Notes: generated by a model not told the origin, from the letters alone. Counted from the stretch's first letter, positions 51,374 to 62,296 are shown. The stretch: 64,000 bases of DNA from Bacteroidota bacterium (GCA_023450085.1 JAEXHI010000024.1:52906-116905); one strand, 5' to 3'. Program-made: numbers and translations.

Positions 51374-53349
51374 TGGATCAACTGTTTAACAGAAAATACA
51401 TTGTACAAGGCTTATTTGTACTTGTTGCGCTTATTTTATTAGGCAGGCTTTTCTATATACAAGTGGCCAGCGACAAATATTTTCTAGACGCCAACAACAA
51501 CGCATTACGCAAAAAATTCATTTATCCTGCTCGTGGTGTTATTACCGATCGCAAAGGCAAGGTGTTGGCCCAAAACCAGCCTACTTACGATTTAATGGTT
51601 ACCCCTAATGAAGTAAAGCCATTTGATACCCTTTCTTTGTGTAATATCATTGGTATTACCATGGAAGATTTCAGGAAGAAATTTCACAAGGCGGTAGTAC
51701 AATCCAAGTATCAGGCTTCTATTTTCCAGAAACTGCTTTCGGTACAGACTTACGCTACTTTACAAGAGCGTATGGCAAACTACAAAGGTTTTGATGTGCA
51801 GAAAAGAACCATTCGCTATTATCCAGACAGTATTGGCGGCCAATTGCTAGGTTATATCAGAGAAGCCAATCAGAGGGAAATAGATAAGTTTCAAGGATAC
51901 TACAAACCTGGCGATTATATTGGAAAGTCGGGTCTAGAGAAACAATACGAAGTTGATTTGCGGGGAACAAAAGGGGTAAAAAACATGCTCTATAACGCCC
52001 ATAACGTAGCTCAAGGAAGTTATGCGGATGGAAAGTTTGACTCGTTAGCCATTGCTGGAGAACAATTGACTACCACTATTGATGTAGAAATACAAAAATT
52101 AGGGGAACAACTTTTAACGACCAAAGTAGGAAGTATTGTCGCCATAGAACCTTCTACAGGAGAAATATTAGCTTTTGTAAGTAGCCCAGGATATGACCCC
52201 AATTTAATGGTTGGTCGTGAAACGGGAAATAATTACATGAAGATTTTTTCCAATCCTTATCGTCCTCTTTTCATTCGTCCGCTAAAAGGTCGTTATTCTC
52301 CTGGTTCGGCATTTAAACCATTAGATGCTTTAATTGCTTTGCAAGATGGTGTGGTAGACGAAAACTCTACTTTTAACTGTCCGGGTTACTACATTGCAGG
52401 TAACAGAAGATTTAAGTGCGAACACATTGATGGAAACATAGCCTTACGTAAAGGCATTGCCCGTTCTTGTAACACTTACTTTTGGAGCATTTTTGCAAAA
52501 ATGATGCTGAAAAAAGGCTATAAAAATCAGCATAAAGCCTATGATGAGTGGCAAGAGAAAGTACGCAAATTTGGCATTGGAGATACTTTAGGAATCGATT
52601 TCCCTGGAGAAAGTGCTTACAAATTATTTACAGCCGAAGATTATACTAAACGTTACAGTAAATATTGGGGCTATACCACTATCTTATCAGTAGGTATTGG
52701 GCAAGGCGAAATTACCACCACTCCTCTTCAAATGGCCAACATTATGGCCATTATAGCCAACAGAGGATATTATGTAAAACCACACTTGGTAAAGGGGATT
52801 GGTGATGATAAGCACATTGACCCCAAGTATAAGGAAAAGCATTACGTAGGTATTGACGCTAAACACTTTGGACCTGTAATTGACGGGATGCAAGATGCGG
52901 TAAATAGTTCCATTGGAACTGCAAAAGAATCGCAAATACCAAATATTTTAATGTGTGGTAAAACGGGGACGGTGCAAAACGTACATGGTAAAAACCACTC
53001 GGTGTTTATCGGTTTTGCCCCTCGCGACAACCCTAAAATTGCCATTGCGGTAATTGTAGAAAATGGTGGTTATGGTGGTGCTTATGCTGCACCAATAGCC
53101 AGTTTTATTACGGAGAAGTATTTAACGGACAGCTTAAAAGGTAGAAGAATTAATGGTGCTACCATTGACCAATATAAAGCGGCCAATTTACTTCCTGTTT
53201 TGAAGGACAAATTACCGAAACAAAAACTTAAAACAGATACGAACAAAGTAGACAGCACTAAAAAGACGGCTCCATTAAAAACTGCCGCAGCAAATAACAA
53301 ATTCAACAAAGTAGCCATAGCACCTAAAAACAATGCAACAACAGAATAG
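51373..53349 (+). CDS. mrdA: Penicillin-binding protein 2
   Basis: PARGVITDR, SAFK (SxxK), SCN (SxN) and KTGT motifs. Confidence 0.95.
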   Translation: MDQLFNRKYIVQGLFVLVALILLGRLFYIQVASDKYFLDANNNALRKKFIYPARGVITDRKGKVLAQNQPTYDLMVTPNEVKPFDTLSLCNIIGITMEDFRKKFHKAVVQSKYQASIFQKLLSVQTYATLQERMANYKGFDVQKRTIRYYPDSIGGQLLGYIREANQREIDKFQGYYKPGDYIGKSGLEKQYEVDLRGTKGVKNMLYNAHNVAQGSYADGKFDSLAIAGEQLTTTIDVEIQKLGEQLLTTKVGSIVAIEPSTGEILAFVSSPGYDPNLMVGRETGNNYMKIFSNPYRPLFIRPLKGRYSPGSAFKPLDALIALQDGVVDENSTFNCPGYYIAGNRRFKCEHIDGNIALRKGIARSCNTYFWSIFAKMMLKKGYKNQHKAYDEWQEKVRKFGIGDTLGIDFPGESAYKLFTAEDYTKRYSKYWGYTTILSVGIGQGEITTTPLQMANIMAIIANRGYYVKPHLVKGIGDDKHIDPKYKEKHYVGIDAKHFGPVIDGMQDAVNSSIGTAKESQIPNILMCGKTGTVQNVHGKNHSVFIGFAPRDNPKIAIAVIVENGGYGGAYAAPIASFITEKYLTDSLKGRRINGATIDQYKAANLLPVLKDKLPKQKLKTDTNKVDSTKKTAPLKTAAANNKFNKVAIAPKNNATTE

Positions 53350-54595
53350 TAGATTTTTCTTTAATGTTGATTGGGTCACTATATTGATTTATATGGCTTT
53401 ATGTGCCATTGGTTTCATCAATATTTTCTCGGTGCAATATGACCCCGATAAAGCGTCAGCGTTTAGTTTTTCTGCTGAGTATGGGAAACAGCTAATTTTT
53501 ATCATCTCTGCTTTAGTTTTAGGCTTGTCCATCTTACTATTTGACTCCAAATTCTTCAGTGTTTTTGCCCCTATTGTTTATGGAGTAACCATTGTCCTGC
53601 TATTGGCAGTTTTGGTAGTTGGTAGAAATGTGGGTGGTAACCAAGCTTGGATTCCGCTTGGTTCGTTTAGATTGCAACCCTCTGAGTTTGCCAAGTTTGG
53701 TACTGCCCTTTTATTGGCCAGATATATCAGCTCTTTTAACGTGAAATTAAATTCGTTAAAACCCATTTTAATTTGTGCAGCCATTATTGTATTGCCCATG
53801 GCATTGATTATGCTGCAGCCAGATGCGGGTTCGATGCTGGTATTCCTTTCTTTTATGTTCCCTCTTTACAGGGAAGGTTTGCCAGGCAACTTGCTGATTA
53901 TTTTTTGGGGAGCAGTGCTGTTATTCATCCTTAACTTATTTGTAGCTCCATCTATACTGATTTTTTCTATTTTGGTGATTGGGGGATTATTTGCCTACAA
54001 TGCCAGAAAAAGAATGCAAAAGGTGATTAACATAGGGATTATTACCTTGATTGCCATTTGTTATTTATTTGTAGCCAAATACTTGTTTGAAAACGCATTA
54101 AAACCTCACCAACGTACGCGTATTGAATTGATTTTAGGCTTAACCAGCGACAATAGAGGTGCGGGTTATAATGTAATCCAATCTAAAATTGCAATAGGTG
54201 CAGGACAGCTTACTGGCAGAGGGTATTTAGAGGGTACACAAACCAAATATGGTTATGTGCCTGCCCAAAGTACCGACTTTATTTTCTCGACCATTGGAGA
54301 AGAATGGGGCTTTGCAGGATGTTTTGTAGTGATTGGTCTCTACTCGTTTTTATTACTCCGTATTGTGAACATGGCCGAACGACAACGTTCCGTATTTTCG
54401 CGGGTGTATGGCTACAGCATTGCTTGTATCTTATTTTTCCACGTCTTTATCAATATCGGGATGACCATTGGCATTATGCCCGTGATTGGCATTCCACTAC
54501 CGTTTATTAGTTACGGTGGTTCATCGTTGTGGAGCTTCACGATATTGCTTTTTATCTTCCTGAAGCTGGATTCTAACAGGATGGGATTTATTTAA
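53333..54595 (+). CDS. rodA: SEDS peptidoglycan polymerase RodA
   Basis: LQPSEFAK, LQPDAG, TDFIFS, P..GIPLPFISYGGSS. Confidence 0.96.
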   Translation: MQQQNSRFFFNVDWVTILIYMALCAIGFINIFSVQYDPDKASAFSFSAEYGKQLIFIISALVLGLSILLFDSKFFSVFAPIVYGVTIVLLLAVLVVGRNVGGNQAWIPLGSFRLQPSEFAKFGTALLLARYISSFNVKLNSLKPILICAAIIVLPMALIMLQPDAGSMLVFLSFMFPLYREGLPGNLLIIFWGAVLLFILNLFVAPSILIFSILVIGGLFAYNARKRMQKVINIGIITLIAICYLFVAKYLFENALKPHQRTRIELILGLTSDNRGAGYNVIQSKIAIGAGQLTGRGYLEGTQTKYGYVPAQSTDFIFSTIGEEWGFAGCFVVIGLYSFLLLRIVNMAERQRSVFSRVYGYSIACILFFHVFINIGMTIGIMPVIGIPLPFISYGGSSLWSFTILLFIFLKLDSNRMGFI

Positions 54596-54597
54596 AG

Positions 54598-54749
54598 CTG
54601 TGGCTAGGAATTAGTGGCTAGTAGATAGTAGTTAGTATTTTACTAGCGATTTAACACTTAAAAACTAGTACATAAGGATTTAAAGTATATCTAATACTTA
54701 AACATCCAAACTAATACCTAATCCCTAGCTCCTAATACCTAGTTCCTAG
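54598..54749. repeat. Opposed YTAG heptamer arrays between convergent rodA and hypothetical gene
   Basis: Plus strand CTAGGAA TTAGTGG CTAGTAG ATAGTAG TTAGTA. Minus strand from the stop codon: TAGGAA CTAGGTA TTAGGAG CTAGGGA TTAGGTA TTAG. Confidence 0.75.
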
Positions 54750-55900
54750 TCTTTAAACCTCCTATTTAATAACAGATAAAATTTATCTACGGTGGCTTGT
54801 TTATCGGCCCAGTTGTTTTTTACAGCGTAGTTTTTTTGGAAGAAATTATCCGCAGCATCAAAATTTGGCATTTTGTTGGCAATGTCTATTGCTTCGGCAT
54901 AAGCTAAGTTATAACCATTAAAAAGGTCTTTGATGTATAATAGCTTGTCATTAAGATTAATGGCGGCTTTTAAATCGGTGATATTACTGCCAGAGGTTTC
55001 GTTTAATCTCGTGCCTGTATTTTTCCCCGCTAAAATATCATTCAAGGTAGGCTTGTAACTGGTTTCAACCTCTACTTCTACCTTAGTGGTCTCAATAGTT
55101 ACTTTGCTAACAGTTTCCGTTACTGGCGGCACTTCTTCCCTCACTGGCTCCGCAATTATTTTTGGTATTTCATATTGGGGTGCTTCTTCTTTATGAACCA
55201 AAAAGGGCTCTGGACCAATCTCATCTTCTTCTAAATCTTCGGGGTTACGAACCAGATTTTCTTTTACCTTTTTCTTTTGTTCTAAAATCAATTCTTCTTC
55301 TTTGCTCAATGGCCTGTCGAACAATTGTTCCGCTGTTTTTTCTTCAAAGTCAAATTTATCTTCCTCGGTATAGCTCTCGCTATTTAAGATGAACTCAAAA
55401 GTTTTGGTTGGTTCCTCTTCTAATCTGAATAACTCCTTTTCGTGTTCTACCAATGGAGCAACTTCTTCTACCTCGTCTACCTTCTCTTCCTCTACCGTTA
55501 CCTCAATAGTGGGAGGTGCTTCTTCTATCTTCTCTTCTATTATTATTGGTGGCTGCTCTTTTATGACCTCTTCTTGAAATAAAGGCGCTACTTTTTCTTC
55601 AACATTCGCAAAGGTAATGGCTTCCACCTGCTGCACATCTTTTAACTCATCTACAACTTCCTCATCCATAACAGGCTCTACTTGTACAGGCGGAGTTGTG
55701 AGTGCTAAAGGGGCCTGAAAAGGCAGGTTTAATTTTTTGATGATTTGGATATGGTCTGCCAAGAAATTCGCATTTGCTAAAAACAGTTCCAGCTCCAGTT
55801 CGCTCAATTGCTCAGGGTTTTGAGACAAAAACTGATATTGGTCGTTCAATTCGTTAAGTATGTTCCCTAGTTTCCTGAAAAGAGCTTCTTGTTTCATCAT
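54746..55900 (-). CDS. Hypothetical protein with long acidic low-complexity centre
   Basis: 384 aa: helical N-terminus, Glu/Pro/Val-rich middle, folded-looking C-terminus (DLKAAINLNDKLLYIKDLFNG). Confidence 0.8.
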   Translation of the reverse strand: MMKQEALFRKLGNILNELNDQYQFLSQNPEQLSELELELFLANANFLADHIQIIKKLNLPFQAPLALTTPPVQVEPVMDEEVVDELKDVQQVEAITFANVEEKVAPLFQEEVIKEQPPIIIEEKIEEAPPTIEVTVEEEKVDEVEEVAPLVEHEKELFRLEEEPTKTFEFILNSESYTEEDKFDFEEKTAEQLFDRPLSKEEELILEQKKKVKENLVRNPEDLEEDEIGPEPFLVHKEEAPQYEIPKIIAEPVREEVPPVTETVSKVTIETTKVEVEVETSYKPTLNDILAGKNTGTRLNETSGSNITDLKAAINLNDKLLYIKDLFNGYNLAYAEAIDIANKMPNFDAADNFFQKNYAVKNNWADKQATVDKFYLLLNRRFKD

Positions 55901-55994
55901 AATCTTGTAACGAAAGTTTTGGCGTTTTATGTTAATAACTGATAACCAAAAATACTATAAAAATCTTTTATATTTGGCTAAAAATACCTTTACA

Positions 55995-56570
55995 ATGTTA
56001 TTTAGCGAGCAAAATTTTAGACGGGGAGAATTTAGTGGAAGTATTGAAGTTATTTGCGGTTCTATGTTTTCTGGTAAGACTGAAGAGTTGATCAGGAGGC
56101 TTAAAAGAGCACAAATCGCTAAGTTGAACGTAGAAATTTTTAAGCCTAAAACCGACACTCGCTATGATGATACCGCTGTGGTATCGCACGATTTAAACTC
56201 CATACAATCCACACCAGTAGATAGCTCTTCTGCTATTTTGTTGTTGGGTGCTAATACCCAGGTAGTGGGCATTGATGAAGCACAGTTTTTTGACGACGAA
56301 CTTCCCGAAGTATGCAATACACTTGCTAAAAAAGGCATTAGGGTGGTGATTGCTGGTTTAGATATGGATTTTTTGGGTAAACCTTTTGGCCCAATGCCCG
56401 CATTAATGGCCATTGCAGAGCATGTTACCAAAGTAAACGCAGTATGTATGCAGTGTGGTAGTCCAGCAGTTTATTCTTACCGTACTGCCGCCAGTGAAGC
56501 CAGAGTGCTTTTAGGTGAAAAAGATAGTTACGAACCTCGTTGCAGAGCTTGTTTTAATACTTTAGGATAA
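55995..56570 (+). CDS. tdk: Thymidine kinase
   Basis: [17 protein letters not shown], CxxC zinc site, YEPRCR.C. ATG at 55995. Confidence 0.97.
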   Translation: MLFSEQNFRRGEFSGSIEVICGSMFSGKTEELIRRLKRAQIAKLNVEIFKPKTDTRYDDTAVVSHDLNSIQSTPVDSSSAILLLGANTQVVGIDEAQFFDDELPEVCNTLAKKGIRVVIAGLDMDFLGKPFGPMPALMAIAEHVTKVNAVCMQCGSPAVYSYRTAASEARVLLGEKDSYEPRCRACFNTLG

Positions 56571-56704
56571 TCATTACTCCTTTTTGGATTATTCCCTAAC
56601 TCGCGTGAGCTCAGGTTAAGAAAACCCTTTGAAACCTTAGAAACAAATAAATAAAAATCCACGGCTGACTACAATTAGTGCATTTGTAATACCATTTAGC
56701 TTAC

Positions 56705-56770
56705 TATGTGCCTATGTGGTTCATTTTGGAAACTTTTGCTGGTAAAAAAATATAACCACATAGGCACATA
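56705..56770. repeat. 17-bp perfect inverted repeat
   Basis: TATGTGCCTATGTGGTT (56705-56721) / AACCACATAGGCACATA (56754-56770). Confidence 0.8.
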
Positions 56771-56875
56771 AGAGTGTATGCCAAACATGTTCCGTTTTAG
56801 TAGAACGAAGAGTCTTTGCTAGAGCTGGATATAATGTAAAATCACAAAACGCTCATCTCGAACCTACGTTAATTA

Positions 56876-59725
56876 CTATTTCGCTACAATCATTTTTTTG
56901 GCTTGCTTATAATTGGGCGTATTTAATTTATAGGTATAAACCCCACTAGCAAAAGTACTCAAATCAACATAAAATTGATAGCTACCCGCTTCAACAGTTC
57001 CTTCGGTTACCTTTCTTATTTTTCGACCCATTACATCATAAATGGTCAAATCAACTTTTGTTTTTTCAGGTAGGTCTACTGGGATATAAGTGAACGCTTT
57101 ACCCTCGTTAGGATAGTTCTGCCCTAAAGCATATTCAGTAGGAACTACACTGATTGGCTTCTTGCTCACTTCTGTATATTTAACTTGCGCTGCATCGCCA
57201 ACAGTCGTCAATTCGCTTTTATTATCACCTGCTAAAAAAGCATAGGCTAGTCTTATCGATTGATTTTTAGGAATCTTATAAGGTCCGCTTCCCACGGTAA
57301 ACATCACATCATAACCATTAGCCGTATTATGCCCCAAACCTGCCGCCTGTATTCCAGAAGTCAGCGTTTTGTATTTCTCTGATGTATTAAATACATTATC
57401 AGAAAGAAAGCTATTTGGCAACTGATAAGACAATGGATAGTAGGCAGGTGCAGCCGAAAGGCTCAACAACCGTATACCAGCATAAGGATAAGAAGCATTT
57501 TTCTTAGCGTAAACGTAAGCCGTTTTATTTGGCACATCATATTCGGTTGCATTGGCAGATGATTCGTCTAAATCCCAATCGGTAAATAAACCTGTGTAAA
57601 TGTTCTCCAAATCGGCATTACTGGTATTTACAATTTCGTATTCTACCAGCACATACTTATTATCGGTAATGGTATTAAATGCCCAAGCTCTAGAAAGCAC
57701 TTTTAAGCCAATGGGATTAGCTGCTCCAGCATCGGTAAAAATACTAGTTCCTTCAAATGGGGCGGTCGTATTAGCCACGATAGCTGCTGTTTGTTGCTTC
57801 CTAAAATCTTCGCTGTAATAGCTATCGGTACGAGCATTGTTCATCACCTGCGTTTCTGATTTGGCAATGAGCAAAGCCGCTTCATAAAGCATATTTTCGT
57901 CTTTATAAATAAAACCCAAACCAGCCGTAGCATTGGCTTTACTATAACCGACCCTACCGTTAGAAGTAAACGTAGTACTCACCTGATTTACGGTTACATT
58001 CAAATAATCGAGTGCAACGATGGTTTCAAAGCTCTCTACATCGGTGTATGTTCCAGCATTTCCCGAGTAATTAAGGGTAAAAATAACTTTATGATTTTCT
58101 GGTGCAGTAGCTAATACTTTTACTTTAATAGGTGTTAAACCTGTTTTGGTCTCTAGACTATTGAAATTTCCAGCATTAATGGTTGGGTTTACCACTTGTA
58201 CAAAGGGACTGCTACTGGTTACGTTTACGCTCAATCCGTTCACAGGCGTTAAAAAGTTTTTAAGAGCAAACTGCAAAGTTATTTCTGTCCCTGGTGCTCT
58301 ATTTCCCAAGCTTTGGTCACTAATGGTTAGCTGTTGGTAACGAACAGATGCACCTGCCTCAGTTAATGCTCGATAGATATTTAGCCGTCCTTTGCCCAGT
58401 AAATTAGCGTAAGTAGGATTTTTACTATCTACGGGGTCTGCTGTGGTACGCAACAACTCTCCTATTTGTAAACCCGAATAAGCAGGGTATTTTGCTTTGA
58501 GCAATGCCGCTGCACTCGACACCAAAGGAGCCGCCATAGAAGTCCCCGATTTATAGCCATAAGCATTTCCGTAAACGGTATTATAAATGCCCGTTCCAGG
58601 AGCTGAAATATCTACGTAGGTCCCAAAATTAGAAGTACCCGCCTTCACATCATTTTGGTCGAGATTGGCTACTGCAAGTACGCCTTCAAATGCTGCTGGA
58701 TAAACTGGAATATCATTACCTGAATTACCTGCCGCAGCAACTACCAAACAACCTTTGCTAATGGCATAATTCACTATTTCCTGTCCAAATTGACCACCAC
58801 CTACACCACCCCATGAACAGTTGATAATTTGTGCACCTTTATCGGCTGCATACTTGATTCCTTCATAACCTTTGTAAATAGAAGTAGGATTATCGTCGGC
58901 GCCCGCCTTTACAATTAAAAGTTTTGCATTATAAGCGATACTTGCCACTCCTATTCCATTATCTGATACTGCCGAAGCAATCCCACTAACGTGCACACCA
59001 TGGTCGGCAGCCGCACTTTTTACATTCGGGTCATTATCGGGAATCATGGTACTTGCAGATTGACCACACAAATCCCAGCCATAATAATTGTCTATGTAAC
59101 CATCGCCGTCATCGTCAATTCCATTTATCGGGTCTGCTGTATTTAAGTAGATATTTCCAGCCAAATCTGAATGTGTCACTTCAGACCCCGAATCAACAAT
59201 CCCAATAATTACGTTTGAAGCACTTTTTAATACATCCCAAGCTTGGGGAGCTTTTACCTGTGGCAAATAAAATTGTGTACCATAAGAAGCATCGTTAGGG
59301 GTATACCAAGTAGTATGGATATAACTAGGCTCTGCATAGGCAATGCTCTCATCTTGCAGTAAAGTATTGATGACACTTTCAATATTAGCGGTTCCTGTAT
59401 ATTTTGCCCGAAAATAGCTTTCGGCATGAAAATCTATCTCGCCATTTATAGAACGTTGTTCAACATTTGAACTTTCATTGAATATCGGTTCAAACATCGT
59501 CAACGAAACGCCTTGAGCGCTCAACTGCTTTTCGGCACTTTGCGTGGTAGCATTGCGTTTAGCACCCACTTTGAATTTAATGACCAAAGTATTGGGCAGA
59601 TAATCCTTTTCGGTAACTCCCGCAGGTAGTTTAAACTTTGTTTTATTGAAAGGCAGCTGGCCGTTATCCCGCCTAAAAGCAAACAGGATAACCAGCACCA
59701 AAACGAGCAGATAATTCTTCTTCAT
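56876..59725 (-). CDS. Secreted S8 (subtilisin-like) serine peptidase with T9SS-type C-terminal sorting domain
   Basis: IVDSG, HGVHVSG, AAAGN and SGTSMAAP catalytic motifs; C-terminal QNYPN...IYDVMGR...GVYTYKL...KKMIV. ATG at 59725. Confidence 0.92.
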   Translation of the reverse strand: MKKNYLLVLVLVILFAFRRDNGQLPFNKTKFKLPAGVTEKDYLPNTLVIKFKVGAKRNATTQSAEKQLSAQGVSLTMFEPIFNESSNVEQRSINGEIDFHAESYFRAKYTGTANIESVINTLLQDESIAYAEPSYIHTTWYTPNDASYGTQFYLPQVKAPQAWDVLKSASNVIIGIVDSGSEVTHSDLAGNIYLNTADPINGIDDDGDGYIDNYYGWDLCGQSASTMIPDNDPNVKSAAADHGVHVSGIASAVSDNGIGVASIAYNAKLLIVKAGADDNPTSIYKGYEGIKYAADKGAQIINCSWGGVGGGQFGQEIVNYAISKGCLVVAAAGNSGNDIPVYPAAFEGVLAVANLDQNDVKAGTSNFGTYVDISAPGTGIYNTVYGNAYGYKSGTSMAAPLVSSAAALLKAKYPAYSGLQIGELLRTTADPVDSKNPTYANLLGKGRLNIYRALTEAGASVRYQQLTISDQSLGNRAPGTEITLQFALKNFLTPVNGLSVNVTSSSPFVQVVNPTINAGNFNSLETKTGLTPIKVKVLATAPENHKVIFTLNYSGNAGTYTDVESFETIVALDYLNVTVNQVSTTFTSNGRVGYSKANATAGLGFIYKDENMLYEAALLIAKSETQVMNNARTDSYYSEDFRKQQTAAIVANTTAPFEGTSIFTDAGAANPIGLKVLSRAWAFNTITDNKYVLVEYEIVNTSNADLENIYTGLFTDWDLDESSANATEYDVPNKTAYVYAKKNASYPYAGIRLLSLSAAPAYYPLSYQLPNSFLSDNVFNTSEKYKTLTSGIQAAGLGHNTANGYDVMFTVGSGPYKIPKNQSIRLAYAFLAGDNKSELTTVGDAAQVKYTEVSKKPISVVPTEYALGQNYPNEGKAFTYIPVDLPEKTKVDLTIYDVMGRKIRKVTEGTVEAGSYQFYVDLSTFASGVYTYKLNTPNYKQAKKMIVAK

Positions 59726-59806
59726 CCTATGGGCGAACTTTAAACGAAGATATTGATAATAAAGCGCTAAGACAAGAAAAACAAGTTGCTGCCTATCTAC
59801 CAATTT

Positions 59807-62269
59807 TTAGTTACGCACCCTATTTTGTTCACTCTGCGCTCCGTCTGCATTATGTCTACGCAAATTGCTAATCGCTTTTCCAAATCTGTAACTATAGCTA
59901 AGCATTACCGAGGTAAAATCACCTCTGTTTCGCCAATTGGCTTCGGTTAAATTAAGGTTATTGATGATGCCATTAATAGCTCTGGTTTGGAAAATATCAG
60001 TAGCGCTTACTCTCAAAGTACTAGCTGTACTTAATTTCTTCTGCAATGCAAGGCCAATATCATATACCTTACCTATTTCGAACTGTACATTTCTTAGTTT
60101 AGTTTGGTATCGATAATTTACTTCTCCACTCCAACCCTTATCAAATTTTAATTGTAGGTTTCCATTACTCGAAAAAAAGCCGCCTTTGGTATTCAAAAAG
60201 CCTGTATAAAAATTACTTTGCGAATGGATATAGGTGTATTGTCCAAACCAATTAAAGCCTAACCATTTGGCCAAATCAAGGTTGGCATTAACAGAGGCAT
60301 TATACACCTCCTGTTTGCCAATGTTTGCAGGTCTGCTAAAATAAGTTCCATTCACTATTTCGATGGTTTCATTTACTTGGTCTTTGCTGTGGCTATAGCT
60401 TAAAGCTGTAGTAATTTTGTTTTTATAGGTATGCGAAAGCTCTATAGATTGGGTAAATGATGGTCTTAAATACGGATTACCTACATAGTAAGTAAACTTA
60501 TCCAATGGAGAATAGAATGGATTCAAATCCTGATAAACAGGTCTATCTATCCTTCTTCCATAATTTAAACCCAGCTCATGCGTAGAAGTAGTATCCAGCT
60601 TATAAGAGAAATATAAGGTTGGGAATGCGTTGATATAACTTCTCTTAAAACTCGAATCAGATTTCATGATGTTACCCAATTGGTGACCTTTAGAGATGGT
60701 ATTTTCGAGCCTTAAACCTGCCTGCAAAGAAAAACGTTTGCCTTCTTTACTCAAATTCAAATACGTTGCGCTGATGTTTTCGCTGTACACAAAATGATTG
60801 CTCTTGTCGTAATCTGGAGTGGTGACATTGTTTGCCGTATAAAAATAACTAGCAATGTTATTGGTTTTGATGTAGCTTGTTTTCACTCCTGCATCCATTT
60901 TCCAAGTTCCCATTAAAGGTTGCGAATAGTCAGATTTAAAGCTGTAAATGTTTATTCTTGCTGGCAACTGTCCTTCCAACAAATCTTGAGATTTCAAAGT
61001 ACCATTTCCTAAATAAGTATCATTAAAGTAATGCTGGTCTGTACGGGTGTTATAATTGATATAATCTGCATCAGCAGTGATTTCCTTACCTGTTTTACCA
61101 AATTTATGACGGTAGTTGGCATTCACACCCCCATTTTTAAAGGAAATATCATCCATGTTTTTGGCAACAATACTAGAGTCCTTTACCATCGCTGGATTAA
61201 ACAAGTTACTGGTATTGTCATTTACATTGTTTGCATTCCGAATATTGCCTCTCAACAAAATACCCCAAGTAGTATTTTCAGACTGGTAATAATCTACCCC
61301 TGTTTGTCCATTAAAAGTATTGGCATGTCGCTGAAAATAGGAGTTTTGATTAAAGAAATAATCTGTGCTGCCATCAGGCTTTTTGTACCTTCTATTCAAG
61401 TCCAAATCGGTAAAACTGTTATTGAGGTTATAGCCAAAGTTTCCAAAAACGTTCCATTTATTTTTTCGATAATTAAAGTTGAAACTATCATTTGAGCGTG
61501 TTTTTTTACCACGGGTTAAGCTTAGATTTACCGCACCGTTAAAGCCAACCGCTTTATCCTTTTTAGTTTTAATATTAATCACCCCTGCATTCCCCGCAGC
61601 ATCATACTTTGCTGGTGGATTGGTCATCAACTCTATTTGGTCTATCATAGATGATGGCAACGAACGCAGATAACTTTCCAATTCTTCCCCCGATAAAAAA
61701 CTAGGCTTATCATCAATAAATATCACCACTCCTGGCTTCCCTTTCAAGCTAATGCTACCATTTTGGTCTACACTTACTCCTGGCGATTTTTCCAAAACAT
61801 CAAGGGCAGAAGTTCCTGCATTGGAAATCAAAGCGTCAACATTTACTACGGTCCTATCAATCTTTTTTTCAACAAAAGGTTTCTTTGCCACCACATTCAC
61901 CTCTTTTAAGGTTTTGGTAACTGCTGCCAATTTAAGCTCGCCGAGCTCAATGAGATTACGACTTGCGTCAACCACAATTGGCTGACTTCGAAAATTAGCA
62001 TAGCCTACCAACATCACCCTAATTTGATAGTTGCCTGCAGGGATTTTATCAAAAGAAAATTTACCATCTGCCTCCGTGAAAGAAGTTTTCAGGAGTACGC
62101 TGTCTTTATCTTTAAGAGAGAATAGGGCTACAGTGGCTAAATCAATAGGTTTTAAACTGCTATCCGTAATTTTTCCGCTAATTACCGCCGTCACATTTTG
62201 TTGCGCATAGGCAAAAATTGAGGCAATAAGTAGCCCATAGGTTAAAATAACCTTAAGTTGAAGTTTCAT
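59807..62269 (-). CDS. TonB-dependent-like outer-membrane beta-barrel receptor
   Basis: Signal peptide, carboxypeptidase-regulatory-like domain, plug (LDVLEKSPGV, TNPPAKYDAAG), RRIDRP.Y..LNP, GNPYLRP, SYRFG. Confidence 0.88.
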   Translation of the reverse strand: MKLQLKVILTYGLLIASIFAYAQQNVTAVISGKITDSSLKPIDLATVALFSLKDKDSVLLKTSFTEADGKFSFDKIPAGNYQIRVMLVGYANFRSQPIVVDASRNLIELGELKLAAVTKTLKEVNVVAKKPFVEKKIDRTVVNVDALISNAGTSALDVLEKSPGVSVDQNGSISLKGKPGVVIFIDDKPSFLSGEELESYLRSLPSSMIDQIELMTNPPAKYDAAGNAGVINIKTKKDKAVGFNGAVNLSLTRGKKTRSNDSFNFNYRKNKWNVFGNFGYNLNNSFTDLDLNRRYKKPDGSTDYFFNQNSYFQRHANTFNGQTGVDYYQSENTTWGILLRGNIRNANNVNDNTSNLFNPAMVKDSSIVAKNMDDISFKNGGVNANYRHKFGKTGKEITADADYINYNTRTDQHYFNDTYLGNGTLKSQDLLEGQLPARINIYSFKSDYSQPLMGTWKMDAGVKTSYIKTNNIASYFYTANNVTTPDYDKSNHFVYSENISATYLNLSKEGKRFSLQAGLRLENTISKGHQLGNIMKSDSSFKRSYINAFPTLYFSYKLDTTSTHELGLNYGRRIDRPVYQDLNPFYSPLDKFTYYVGNPYLRPSFTQSIELSHTYKNKITTALSYSHSKDQVNETIEIVNGTYFSRPANIGKQEVYNASVNANLDLAKWLGFNWFGQYTYIHSQSNFYTGFLNTKGGFFSSNGNLQLKFDKGWSGEVNYRYQTKLRNVQFEIGKVYDIGLALQKKLSTASTLRVSATDIFQTRAINGIINNLNLTEANWRNRGDFTSVMLSYSYRFGKAISNLRRHNADGAQSEQNRVRN

Positions 62270-62296
62270 TAAAAAGTGGTTTAGGTTTATTTGTGT

